From: Schwartzia sp. (in: firmicutes)
GTDB taxonomy: Bacteria > Bacillota > Negativicutes > Selenomonadales > Selenomonadaceae
Length of the DNA stretch: 33,636 nt
NCBI GenBank assembly: GCA_017939945.1
Contig: JAGAZS010000139.1
Location: 1 to 33,636, forward strand
Reading direction: 5' to 3'
Shown here: piece after piece, positions 25,656 through 33,636 of the stretch
Position numbering within the stretch: position 1 is the stretch's first letter
How the letters are laid out: every line of letters begins with the position of its first letter
Position numbers and translations under genes: made by a program
The notes under the pieces: model-generated
Told to the model about the DNA's origin: nothing
Databases searched by the model: none
What the model saw: the letters and a program-made list of their open reading frames with translations, nothing else

Positions 25656-26669
25656 CTATTCAATATGTCCCTTGATTGTCATTCCTACCGGCGGCACGAA
25701 GATTTCATGGAAAAGCTGTACCGCGTATCCGTCCGTCAGCCCTGCAACATAGTCCACAACGGTCTGTTGGCGCCCCCAGCGCTCCTCGCGGTCAAGAAAT
25801 TCCTGAGGCAATTGATTGATGTGATGGATAAAATACTCATAAAGCTGCCGCAGCACGAACACGGCCTGTTCCCGTTCCTTCGCCAACTTTTGCGAATGAT
25901 ATATCCGCTCAAACATGAACGCACGAAATGTCTTCATGACATCCTGCATCGATGGGGAAAAAGCAACATCATGGGTTCCTTCCGAGGTCATAATGATATC
26001 CGATACAAAGCCCGTAATCATTGCCGAATGCGCATCCCCCAGCGCATCCCTGACCATAGGCGGCAAATCGTCCGGCCTTAGCAGTCCAGCCCGCAAGCTG
26101 TCGTCATAATCGTGACAAAGATACGCGATACGGTCGGCATGATGCACGATACGCCCCTCCAATGTCTTCGCGCGAACCTTTCCCGTATGATGGACGATGC
26201 CATCCCGTACATCGTCCGTCAGATTCAGCCCGACGCCTTCACGCTCCAAGAAATCAACGACGCGAAGGCTCTGCTCGTTGTGAGCGAAATGACCGCAAAG
26301 CTGCGCCATCGCGGCCTCACCCGAATGACCGAAGGGCGTATGTCCGACATCATGACCGAGCGAGATTGCCTCCACAAGATCCTCGTTCAGACGAAGTCCC
26401 CTGGCGATTGTCCGCGAAATCTGTGCTACCTCAAGGCTATGCGTCATGCGCGTACGATAATGATCTCCGGACATGATGTAGACCTGCGTCTTGTGCTTCA
26501 TGCGGCGAAATGATTTGGAATGAAGAATCCGATCCCGATCGCGCTGATAAGCGGTACGGAAGGGGCATAAGTCTATTTCATCCTGCCGATTCGCCTCTCG
26601 GCTCTTTGCCGCGTCCGGCGACAGGATTTGATATTCCAGCGCCTCCGTACGCTCCCGAATCGTCTGCAT
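25656..26669 (-). CDS. dGTP triphosphohydrolase-like HD-domain protein
   Basis: Contains RTAYQRDRDRILHSKSFRRMKHKTQV, RMTHSLEVAQISRTIA and GHDVGHTPFGHSGE. The start ATG 26667-26669 follows a GAGGAGGGAGG SD. Confidence 0.88.
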   Translation of the reverse strand: MQTIRERTEALEYQILSPDAAKSREANRQDEIDLCPFRTAYQRDRDRILHSKSFRRMKHKTQVYIMSGDHYRTRMTHSLEVAQISRTIARGLRLNEDLVEAISLGHDVGHTPFGHSGEAAMAQLCGHFAHNEQSLRVVDFLEREGVGLNLTDDVRDGIVHHTGKVRAKTLEGRIVHHADRIAYLCHDYDDSLRAGLLRPDDLPPMVRDALGDAHSAMITGFVSDIIMTSEGTHDVAFSPSMQDVMKTFRAFMFERIYHSQKLAKEREQAVFVLRQLYEYFIHHINQLPQEFLDREERWGRQQTVVDYVAGLTDGYAVQLFHEIFVPPVGMTIKGHIE

Positions 26670-26743
26670 AACGGCGCCTCCCTCCTCGCACAAATTCTTT
26701 TCATCATTATTCTGCACACAATAAAAAAATCCTGCCGCAACGT

Positions 26744-26774
26744 AAAAAAAAGCCGCGAGGTTTTCCCCCGCGGC
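26744..26774 (-). terminator. Terminator downstream of trmB
   Basis: On the minus strand: GCCGCG-ggggaaaacct-CGCGGC followed by TTTTTTTT. Confidence 0.75.
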
Positions 26775-26790
26775 AAACGATATATGCTTT

Positions 26791-27441
26791 TCACGGAAAC
26801 CTTACGACGCAACGATGTATTTTTTCACCGAAGCCGCTAAATTTCTTCTCATACTCTGTTTCAATATTGTCCGGACGATTCTCGGCATGAAGATCGTAGG
26901 ACACATCCTCCGGTTTCAATCCCGCCGCCGCAAATTCCTCCAGCGAAAACTCGAACAGTCCCGGATTGTCCGTCTTGAAAACCAACAGCCCGCCTGGACG
27001 CAGTACACGACGATACCTTTCCAGAAATGCACGGTACGTCAGGCGGCGCTTCGCATGACGAGCTTTCGGCCACGGGTCGCAGAAATTGATATAAAAGCCG
27101 TCGACCTCCCCCGACGCGAAGATTTCCTCCAGCGCACGGATGTCGAATACCAGCAACCGCACGTTCGTCAGCTTTGCCTCGCTCACCCGCTGCGCCGCCT
27201 TATAAAGGACATCCTGCTGCGCCTCGATACCAAGGAAATTATTCTCTGGCTCCCGTGCCGCAATTTGACTAATAAAACTGCCTTTACCCGTGCCAAGCTC
27301 TACATAGAGCGGCGCAGAGCGACCAAAAATTTCCTTCCATCGCCCTCGCTCCGCCTCTGTCGCCGGTCTATCCTTCGGGTACACAAAATCGTCAAAGTCG
27401 TGGATTGCCTTATCAATCCACGGTTTTCTCCGCAAACGCAA
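26791..27441 (-). CDS. trmB: tRNA (guanine46-N7)-methyltransferase
   Basis: (TTG)RLRRKPWIDK aligns with the TrmB N-terminus MRMRHKPW. Also contains VELGTGKGSFI and INFCDPWPKARHAKRRL. The start is TTG 27439-27441. The upstream 175 codons of the 391-aa track ORF have no TrmB similarity and overlap the plus-strand gene 27607-27957. Confidence 0.9.
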   Translation of the reverse strand: MRLRRKPWIDKAIHDFDDFVYPKDRPATEAERGRWKEIFGRSAPLYVELGTGKGSFISQIAAREPENNFLGIEAQQDVLYKAAQRVSEAKLTNVRLLVFDIRALEEIFASGEVDGFYINFCDPWPKARHAKRRLTYRAFLERYRRVLRPGGLLVFKTDNPGLFEFSLEEFAAAGLKPEDVSYDLHAENRPDNIETEYEKKFSGFGEKIHRCVVRFP

Positions 27442-27551
27442 GTAATCATTTCCTTTCTGTTCGTATTGTATTATTATACAAGCGCGCCGCGCCGCCCGCA
27501 ATAAATTTTTCTTCACTAACACAAGGAAATTATGGTATGATACGATTTGTG

Positions 27552-27560
27552 TGATATAAT
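27552..27560 (+). promoter_or_regulatory. Extended -10 element (TGaTATAAT) ahead of the small membrane protein, pncB and purF
   Basis: TGATATAAT lies 47 nt upstream of TTG 27607. The -35 is poor (ATGGTA). Confidence 0.4.
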
Positions 27561-27606
27561 ATATTTGTTTACGCATTATTGAGGAAGCAAGAGGAGTGGA
27601 TTCATT

Positions 27607-27957
27607 TTGGCACGACAGACGAAACGTATCCGGAAAAATATCCAGACGGCGCAAGAACTGGAGGAAGCACTGGAGGAAAAGCCGCAGGGGCGGGAATACA
27701 AACCTTGGGAAAACATCGTGCTCGTCGGCATCATCTGTCTGACGATGTTTCTTCTGGCTTCTGGCTGGAACTATTTTGACATGGTGAACAAAGGCATGTA
27801 CAGTCTCCTTCTCATCGCTCTGCTTTTGATGTACGCACAGCGACGCGTGAAGATGACTCCGACACGGGATACGTGGATCCGGCGGGGAATTTTCGCGGCC
27901 ATTGCTCTGGCGCTTGTACTTTTCGCTTACGCGGTCTATATGCAGTATCTCGTATAA
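27607..27957 (+). CDS. Small membrane protein (about 3 TM helices), function unknown
   Basis: TTG start with a GAGGAG SD 10 nt upstream. It has a charged N-terminus followed by three hydrophobic stretches (IVLVGIICLTMFLLASGW, MYSLLLIALLLMY, GIFAAIALALVLFAYAVYM). Third-position usage resembles its neighbours. It ends 24 nt before pncB. Confidence 0.6.
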   Translation: MARQTKRIRKNIQTAQELEEALEEKPQGREYKPWENIVLVGIICLTMFLLASGWNYFDMVNKGMYSLLLIALLLMYAQRRVKMTPTRDTWIRRGIFAAIALALVLFAYAVYMQYLV

Positions 27958-27981
27958 CTTAAACAAAGAAGGGTTTATAAA

Positions 27982-29445
27982 ATGTCACAATTTGACGCGC
28001 GAAATATCAGCATGGTCATGGACCTCTATGAGCTGACTATGGCCGGAGGCTACTTTTCCGATGATGCGATGGCGGAATCAGTAACCTTCGACGTATTTTA
28101 CAGAGGCAATCCCGACAACGGCGGCTTCGCCGTCTTCGCAGGGCTGGAACAGGTTGTCGAATTCATCGAAAACTTCCACTTCACAGCGGAGGATATATCT
28201 TACCTGCGTGGGCTCGGTATTTTCAAAGAGGATTTTCTGGAGTACCTTGCGAACTACCGTTTCCACGGTGACGTTTACGCATTTCCCGAGGGAACAATCA
28301 TGTACCCGAACGAGCCGATTCTAACCGTAGTAGCCCCGCCCATCGACGCGCAGCTTGTGGAAACGGCAATCCTGGCGCAAATCAACCATCAATCCTTGAT
28401 TGCGACGAAAACACAGCGTATTGTGCGTTCAGCGGCAGGACGCGCAGTTTCTGACTTCGGCGCACGGCGCGCGCACAATATGGACGCGGCAGTCTACGGC
28501 GCTCGAGCAGCAGTCATCGGCGGCGCCGTTGGGACGGCGACAATCTTGGCCGGACAGCTTTTCAACATTCCCGTCAGCGGCACCATGGCGCATAGCTGGG
28601 TCATGTACTATGACGACGAATACACCGCGTTCCGGAAATATGCAGAAAAATATCCGGATGCGACGGTACTTTTGATTGACACATTCGATGTGCTGCACTC
28701 CGGCGTACCAAACGCAATCCGCACCGCGAAAGAAATTCTTGAACCGATGGGCAAGCGTCTTAAGGGCGTACGACTCGACTCCGGCGACCTCGCCTACCTC
28801 TCGAAACGCGTTCGTAAAATGTTGGACGAAGCCGGATTGACCGACTGCAAAATCATTGTCTCGAACAGCCTCGACGAATACACTATTGCCTCGATTCTTC
28901 GACAGGGCGGATGCATCGATGCCTTCGGCGTCGGTGAACGGCTGATTACCGCAAAGAGCGACCCGGTTTTCGGGGCCGTCTACAAGATGGTCGAGGTCAA
29001 CAAGAAACGCGCCTGCATTCCGAAAATCAAGATTTCGGAAACCTTCGAGAAAATCACGAATCCCGGCCGGAAGCGTGTCTATCGTATATACAATGAACAC
29101 GGACAAGCCATCGCCGACCTTTTGACCGGCTGGAACGAGACACTCGACCTCTCAAAGCCTTATCGCTATATCGACCCGGAACAGCCGTGGAAGCAACGAA
29201 GCTTCGAGAACTGCACGGCGAAGAAACTACAGGTGCTCGTTGTCAAAGACGGAAAACGCGTCGCACCGCCAACGCCGCTGTCGGAAATCCAAGCATTTGT
29301 AAAAAAACAGCTCCAGGAGGAAATCTGGGAAGAGGAGCAGCGTTTTGAAAACCCGCACCGTCATTTCCTCGACATGAGCCCCTCTTATTACGAAATGAAA
29401 ATGGATTTGCTTTGCGAAGCAAAAGAAAACGGAACAAAAAAATAG
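27982..29445 (+). CDS. pncB: Nicotinate phosphoribosyltransferase
   Basis: Contains MDLYELTMAGGYF, GARRAH, GTMAHSWVM and VRLDSGDL, at 487 aa. Confidence 0.93.
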   Translation: MSQFDARNISMVMDLYELTMAGGYFSDDAMAESVTFDVFYRGNPDNGGFAVFAGLEQVVEFIENFHFTAEDISYLRGLGIFKEDFLEYLANYRFHGDVYAFPEGTIMYPNEPILTVVAPPIDAQLVETAILAQINHQSLIATKTQRIVRSAAGRAVSDFGARRAHNMDAAVYGARAAVIGGAVGTATILAGQLFNIPVSGTMAHSWVMYYDDEYTAFRKYAEKYPDATVLLIDTFDVLHSGVPNAIRTAKEILEPMGKRLKGVRLDSGDLAYLSKRVRKMLDEAGLTDCKIIVSNSLDEYTIASILRQGGCIDAFGVGERLITAKSDPVFGAVYKMVEVNKKRACIPKIKISETFEKITNPGRKRVYRIYNEHGQAIADLLTGWNETLDLSKPYRYIDPEQPWKQRSFENCTAKKLQVLVVKDGKRVAPPTPLSEIQAFVKKQLQEEIWEEEQRFENPHRHFLDMSPSYYEMKMDLLCEAKENGTKK

Positions 29446-29459
29446 GAAGGAGTTTTCGC

Positions 29460-30890
29460 GTGGACTTTGGATCAGAAGATCGCATCGGCGAAGCCTGCGG
29501 CGTATTTGGCATGTACGATCTGGACGGACAGGATGTGGCTTCGTCCATCTATTACGGCTTGTACGCGCTTCAGCATCGCGGACAGGAAAGCGCCGGCATC
29601 GCAGTCACGAACACAAACGCACAAAAGGCGCAAGTCGTATGCCACAAGGATATGGGCCTTGTGAATGAGGTTTTTACCGAAGAAAAGCTCTCGCGTCTCT
29701 CCGGCAATCTCGGTGTCGGTCATGTGCGCTACTCGACGGCGGGAGGCTCTCTTCCGGAAAATTCCCAGCCCCTCGTCATCCGTTACATCAAAGGAACGCT
29801 GATGTTGGCGCACAACGGCAACCTCGTCAACACGCCGGAATTGATTCGTGAACTATCTGAGGGCGGTGCGATTTTTCAGACCACCATCGACTCGGAAACC
29901 ATCGCATACCATATTGCCCGCGCACGCGTCAATGCCGAATCTGTCGAAGCGGCGGTTGTCGAGGCGATGAAGAAGTTAAAAGGCGCTTATTCCCTTGTTC
30001 TCGCCAGTCCGAGAAAGCTTATAGGCGTTCGCGATCCTTTGGGCTTCAAGCCTCTTGTCATCGGCAAACGCGACAATGCTTACGTCATTACTTCCGAGAC
30101 CTGTGCCCTGGAAACCATCGGAGCAACCTTCATCCGCGACGTGGAACCGGGCGAGGTCGTAACCATCGGACAGGACGGCGAAATTCATTCCGATCGAACC
30201 CATTGCCCAAAACCGGAAAATACGGCGCGCTGCATTTTCGAATATATTTACTTCGCGCGCCCCGATTCCGTCATCGACGGCGTCAGCGTCGTCAGTGCCC
30301 GCATCATTGCGGGCCGCTGCCTCGCGAAGGATCACCCCGTTGACGCCGATCTCGTCGTCGGCGTACCTGAGTCCGGCAATATGGCAGCTATCGGCTATTC
30401 GCTGGAATCCGGCATTCCCTATGGTATAGCATTTACAAAAAACACTTATGTCGGACGTACTTTTATCAGTCCGAAGCAATCGCATCGTGAGCGCGGCGTC
30501 CATGTCAAACTTAATGTATTGAAGGAAGTTGTCGCCGGGAAAAAAATTCTGATGATTGACGACTCCATCGTACGCGGTACCACCAGCAACCAGATTGTCA
30601 CTATGCTGCGCGAGGCAGGTGCCACCGAAGTCCACATGTGCGTGTCGGCGCCGCCGTTCCTGCATCCGTGTTATTTCGGCATCGACATCCCATCGGAGGA
30701 TCATCTGATTGCCCATGACAAAACCATCGATGATATTCGCCGCGAGATTGGTGCCAATTCCCTGGGCTACCTAAACATCGCCCGTCTCTCGGAAATGGTC
30801 GGAGGACTTTCAATCTGCACCGCCTGCTTCAGTGGCAACTACCCCATCGAACCTCCAAAAGAAGACATCCGAGGCGAATACGCAAAATAA
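29460..30890 (+). CDS. purF: Amidophosphoribosyltransferase
   Basis: A short propeptide precedes the catalytic Cys (EACGVFGMY). Also contains LQHRGQESAGIA, the PRPP loop ILMIDDSIVRGTT, and Cys residues positioned for an Fe-S cluster. I set the start at GTG 29460, which has a GGAAGGAG SD 7 nt upstream. The track start at 29412 would overlap pncB by 34 nt. Confidence 0.95.
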   Translation: MDFGSEDRIGEACGVFGMYDLDGQDVASSIYYGLYALQHRGQESAGIAVTNTNAQKAQVVCHKDMGLVNEVFTEEKLSRLSGNLGVGHVRYSTAGGSLPENSQPLVIRYIKGTLMLAHNGNLVNTPELIRELSEGGAIFQTTIDSETIAYHIARARVNAESVEAAVVEAMKKLKGAYSLVLASPRKLIGVRDPLGFKPLVIGKRDNAYVITSETCALETIGATFIRDVEPGEVVTIGQDGEIHSDRTHCPKPENTARCIFEYIYFARPDSVIDGVSVVSARIIAGRCLAKDHPVDADLVVGVPESGNMAAIGYSLESGIPYGIAFTKNTYVGRTFISPKQSHRERGVHVKLNVLKEVVAGKKILMIDDSIVRGTTSNQIVTMLREAGATEVHMCVSAPPFLHPCYFGIDIPSEDHLIAHDKTIDDIRREIGANSLGYLNIARLSEMVGGLSICTACFSGNYPIEPPKEDIRGEYAK

Positions 30891-30892
30891 AC

Positions 30893-30939
30893 AAAACCCC
30901 ACGCTCAAAAGCAGGAAAATCTTTTGAACGTGGGGTTTT
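30893..30939. terminator. Bidirectional terminator between convergent purF and the ABC ATPase gene
   Basis: AAAACCCCACGCTCAAAAG, a 9-nt loop, then CTTTTGAACGTGGGGTTTT. It is flanked by T-runs on both strands. Confidence 0.7.
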
Positions 30940-30957
30940 ATACTGCTATTATTCTTA

Positions 30958-31740
30958 TTACAACATATTCCTAAGAAACAATCGCGTTCGTTCTTCTTTT
31001 GGGCATCCAAAAATCTCGGCAGGACGACCTTGCTCGACAATCAGACCATCCGCCATGAAAATAACATGATTCGAAACATCCCTCGCAAATGTCATCTCAT
31101 GCGTCACGACTACCATAGTTATACGCTCCGCCGCCATTTCGCGCATAGTCTGCAGAACTTCGACTGTCAGTTCTGGGTCGAGAGCCGATGTCGGCTCGTC
31201 AAAAAGCATAATGTCCGGCTTCATTGCCAGTGCCCGCGCAATCGCCACGCGTTGTTGCTGCCCACCCGAAAGCCGTGACGGATACTCATTACGCTTCTCA
31301 TATAACCCAACCTTTCGCAAAAGATTCTCTGCTATAGGCCGGATTTCCTCGACCGTTTGCTTTTTGACCTGCGTCGGCGCTTCCATCAGATTTTCCAGAA
31401 CGGTCATGTGCGGAAACAGATTGAATTGCTGGAACACCATACCCATACAACCGAGCATCTCTTTCATTTCCTTTGTTGGTGCATACTCCGCCCGCCCGGA
31501 ATCGTTGTTTTTCACGAGATATTTTCCCTTGACTTCTATAGAGCCACTGTCAATCGTCTCCAAATAATTCAGGCAACGAAGCAACGTACTTTTACCGGAG
31601 CCGGATGGTCCAATAATGGAAAGTACCTCCCCCCGGCAGACGTCCAACGAAATGCCTTTCAGAACTTCGTTCTCACGAAAAGATTTATGGATATCGCGAG
31701 CGCGCAACATATACTCCGCATTATTCGTCGTATTTTCCAT
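30958..31740 (-). CDS. Polar amino-acid ABC transporter ATP-binding protein
   Basis: Has Walker [10 protein letters not shown], the signature [15 protein letters not shown] and Walker [13 protein letters not shown]. The start has a TGGAGG SD and overlaps the permease end by 20 nt. Confidence 0.93.
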   Translation of the reverse strand: MENTTNNAEYMLRARDIHKSFRENEVLKGISLDVCRGEVLSIIGPSGSGKSTLLRCLNYLETIDSGSIEVKGKYLVKNNDSGRAEYAPTKEMKEMLGCMGMVFQQFNLFPHMTVLENLMEAPTQVKKQTVEEIRPIAENLLRKVGLYEKRNEYPSRLSGGQQQRVAIARALAMKPDIMLFDEPTSALDPELTVEVLQTMREMAAERITMVVVTHEMTFARDVSNHVIFMADGLIVEQGRPAEIFGCPKEERTRLFLRNML

Positions 31741-32368
31741 AATGCGCCTCCAACCGCTTGAAGATTGCCGTCAGCACCGCAGTCATGACAAGATAAAACA
31801 GTCCCGCAATAAAAAAGGCTGTCATATCGAAATCCCGCTGCACGATGGTGCGCGCTACGCGCAGGAGATCATTCATTGCCAGGATATAAATCAGCGACGT
31901 ATCCTTGACGAGATTAATGGTTTCGTTGCTGATAGGCGGAAGCGTCCGATGAATCATTTGCGGCAAAATAATCCGCTTCATCGTCTGTGCGTAGGTCATT
32001 CCCAATGTCTTCGCCGCCTCATACTGCCCGCGGGGAATGGATTGAATCCCCGCTCGGAAGATTTCGGCAAAATAGGCCGCGTAATTCAAAGTAAAGGCCA
32101 GAAGAGCTGCGGCGATATCCGAAAAACGCACGCCCACCATCGGAAGCGCGAAGTACACAAAAAGAAGCTGGAGCATCAGTGGAGACCCGCGCATTATCCA
32201 AATATAGACGTCCATCAAGATCGCCAACGGTCGAATGCTGGAAAGCCGCAAAAGCGCCACAAAAAAACCGAGCGGCAACGCCATCGCCAACGTAAGGAAA
32301 AAAATCTCCAGCGTAATCTTCGAGCCCGTCAATATGGATAGCACAGTTTCCAGCAGTTTATCCATCAA
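31721..32368 (-). CDS. Polar amino-acid ABC transporter permease (His/Glu/Gln/Arg/opine family)
   Basis: Contains the EAA-type loop [27 protein letters not shown], with 215 aa and about 5 TM segments. Confidence 0.9.
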   Translation of the reverse strand: MMDKLLETVLSILTGSKITLEIFFLTLAMALPLGFFVALLRLSSIRPLAILMDVYIWIMRGSPLMLQLLFVYFALPMVGVRFSDIAAALLAFTLNYAAYFAEIFRAGIQSIPRGQYEAAKTLGMTYAQTMKRIILPQMIHRTLPPISNETINLVKDTSLIYILAMNDLLRVARTIVQRDFDMTAFFIAGLFYLVMTAVLTAIFKRLEAHYGKYDE

Positions 32369-32565
32369 CTATCTTCCTTTATTTTATCAGTTCAAAGCTT
32401 TTATATTCTTCCGAGGAATCCCGTACATAATGCGGGAACATCACAATATAGAAGTATAGCAGAAAAACCGATAAATAAAAAGCAAAATTGCCAAAAAGAA
32501 TAATTGGCCAATAGGTCAAAGAAGCCGGCGTCTGCCGACTTCTTTTGCTTACACAGAAAAATATG

Positions 32566-33288
32566 CTAAATCTTCCACTTCTCGGCCGTCTCCGGCGAAA
32601 GTTTTTTCAAGTAATCAATGACGATCACGCAGTCCGGACGCACATTTTGCATCACGAAGCGCATATTTTCCACGGGGATCGCGACGCAGCCGCCTGTGTA
32701 CGGCTTGTACGGGCCGAAGCAGTGCAGGAAGATAGCGGAACCGAGGCCGGGCGTGCCGTCTTCGTTGTAGCTGATGTTCATTGCGTACGTATAATGCGGA
32801 TCGTAGTCGATGATATGCTCGCTGTCTTCAATATTAAGGTCGGGCATCTCACGGATGTCGACCATCTGGTTGTACTTCATGCCGGGACGATCGTCTCCCG
32901 ACCAATAGATATTCTTGTCAACCTGCTTATAGGGAATGACGCAACCGGGATCCTTCGCGATGCCGAAGGCCGCGTTGAAATGGAACGTCCCGATTGGCGT
33001 CTTGGCATCGCCCTCTTTTGTCTTTTCCAGTCCTTCCTTGCCGAGAAAGCCCGGCGTCGTCATCAATATTCGCCAGTTCCCGTCCGTATCCTTTTCGTGC
33101 ATAGACACCCAAGCGGTTGTCTTGCCGATGCCAGCGACGACGAAAAGCTGCTTCGCAGTCTTCGCCTGCGGCAGGTTTTTCACCCAGTCCGGCGATGCTT
33201 CCTGTTTTGCGGCGCTGACAACGCTGAAGGAAGCCAAGGCCAACATTGCATACAATACCACAAATACCTTTTTCATGTTCGTTTTCAC
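32566..33288 (-). CDS. Secreted L,D-transpeptidase-like (YkuD-fold) protein
   Basis: Has a signal peptide (KKVFVVLYAMLALASFSVVSA). The segment SAIFLHCFGPYKPYTGGCVAIP resembles the H...(S/T)xGC catalytic motif of the L,D-transpeptidase catalytic domain. The start is GTG 33286-33288, which has an AGGAGG 7 nt upstream. Confidence 0.55.
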   Translation of the reverse strand: MKTNMKKVFVVLYAMLALASFSVVSAAKQEASPDWVKNLPQAKTAKQLFVVAGIGKTTAWVSMHEKDTDGNWRILMTTPGFLGKEGLEKTKEGDAKTPIGTFHFNAAFGIAKDPGCVIPYKQVDKNIYWSGDDRPGMKYNQMVDIREMPDLNIEDSEHIIDYDPHYTYAMNISYNEDGTPGLGSAIFLHCFGPYKPYTGGCVAIPVENMRFVMQNVRPDCVIVIDYLKKLSPETAEKWKI

Positions 33289-33452
33289 TTTGATTCCTCC
33301 TAATTCCTTATTATTCGCCGCCGATACGAATGAATAACTTGGCATAACCGAGCGCAGCCTTTCGCGTCAGCTTGCTTCCCGTTTCGGCGTTGTAATGTTT
33401 CGACATGTTCGTCTCTTTTCCCGACTTTTATTCCTGTCAATTCCCAACGGGA

Positions 33453-33636
33453 TTATTTCCCGTCCAACCTCATTTCTTCCAACTTCTCATTAATACGACT
33501 AATCGCGACGGTACGAGGTCCAGTCGCACTTTGGCAAACTTGGATCCACATACGACAAATGACCCCAAAAATGCTGCTACGCAATAGTTCTTCATAGTCA
33601 AATGATTTGCCGGCCGTCACCTCCTTGAGGTCCCCC
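33453..33636 (-). CDS. C-terminal part of a small HTH protein, possibly TrpR-like YerC/YecD family (5' end outside the window)
   Basis: The minus frame is open from the right edge to TAA 33453-33455. My translation reads ...SFDYEELLRSSIFGVICRMWIQVCQSATGPRTVAISRINEKLEEMRLDGK. The TGxxTxxISRxN segment resembles the YerC/TrpR recognition helix region. This match is from memory only. Confidence 0.4.
   Translation of the reverse strand, partial: GDLKEVTAGKSFDYEELLRSSIFGVICRMWIQVCQSATGPRTVAISRINEKLEEMRLDGK

Noticed and set aside
25656-26669. The dGTPase-like HD protein as a possible nucleotide-depletion anti-phage defence gene.
   Set aside because: It sits in the conserved housekeeping arrangement dgt-like/dnaG/rpoD. 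Its GC and codon usage are normal and it has no mobile or defence-island neighbours.
27442-27966. N-terminal 175 codons of the 391-aa minus ORF fused to trmB.
   Set aside because: TrmB similarity starts at (TTG)RLRRKPW at 27441, with an SD and a TATAAT just upstream. The extension overlaps a better-supported plus-strand membrane-protein ORF and the divergent promoter region.
1-33636. Scan for CRISPR repeats, IS inverted repeats, integrase or recombinase genes, prophage modules, toxin-antitoxin pairs, and in-frame stop or frameshift pseudogenes.
   Set aside because: I found no regularly spaced direct repeats and no transposase- or integrase-like ORFs. All family-assignable genes appear full length. 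The only sizeable exact repeat is the duplicated tRNA-Asn.

Overview
This is a dense, mostly minus-strand housekeeping region of a Firmicutes-type chromosome at roughly 50-55% GC. The AMIN-domain AmiC-like amidase, DUF1292 and desulfoferrodoxin suggest an anaerobic diderm Negativicutes/Selenomonadales-like host, but that is inference only. Reading the minus strand from right to left, I call: a partial YerC/TrpR-like gene, an L,D-transpeptidase-like gene, an amino-acid ABC permease and ATPase, trmB, dgt-like/dnaG/rpoD, tRNA-Asn, pepD, usp/degenerate-GGDEF/DUF1292/dfx, htpG, a BASS transporter with panC and panD, a degS-like kinase followed by a PLP decarboxylase/tmk/rnmV/rsmA, gltX, an AmiC-like amidase, a SEC-C protein, tRNA-Asn plus tRNA-Glu, and a partial HD hydrolase. 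Plus-strand islands carry ilvA, an arsR-family gene, an NlpC/P60 gene, and a small membrane protein followed by pncB and purF. I saw no CRISPR array, IS element, integrase, prophage, toxin-antitoxin or recognisable defence module, and I cannot support a complete novel multi-gene system here. The best leads are: (1) a riboswitch-like leader ahead of the transporter-panCD operon; (2) a roughly 310-aa Lys-rich N-terminal extension on RpoD; (3) a CIRCE operator on htpG, downstream of a stress cluster with a degenerate GGDEF protein and a Cys/His-rich DUF1292; (4) an orphan DegS-type kinase translationally coupled to housekeeping genes; (5) a CzrA-like metal sensor placed ahead of a cell-wall hydrolase. 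Most long plus-strand ORFs in the track are antisense shadows of minus-strand genes. Several track starts were trimmed using Shine-Dalgarno (SD) position and family N-termini.
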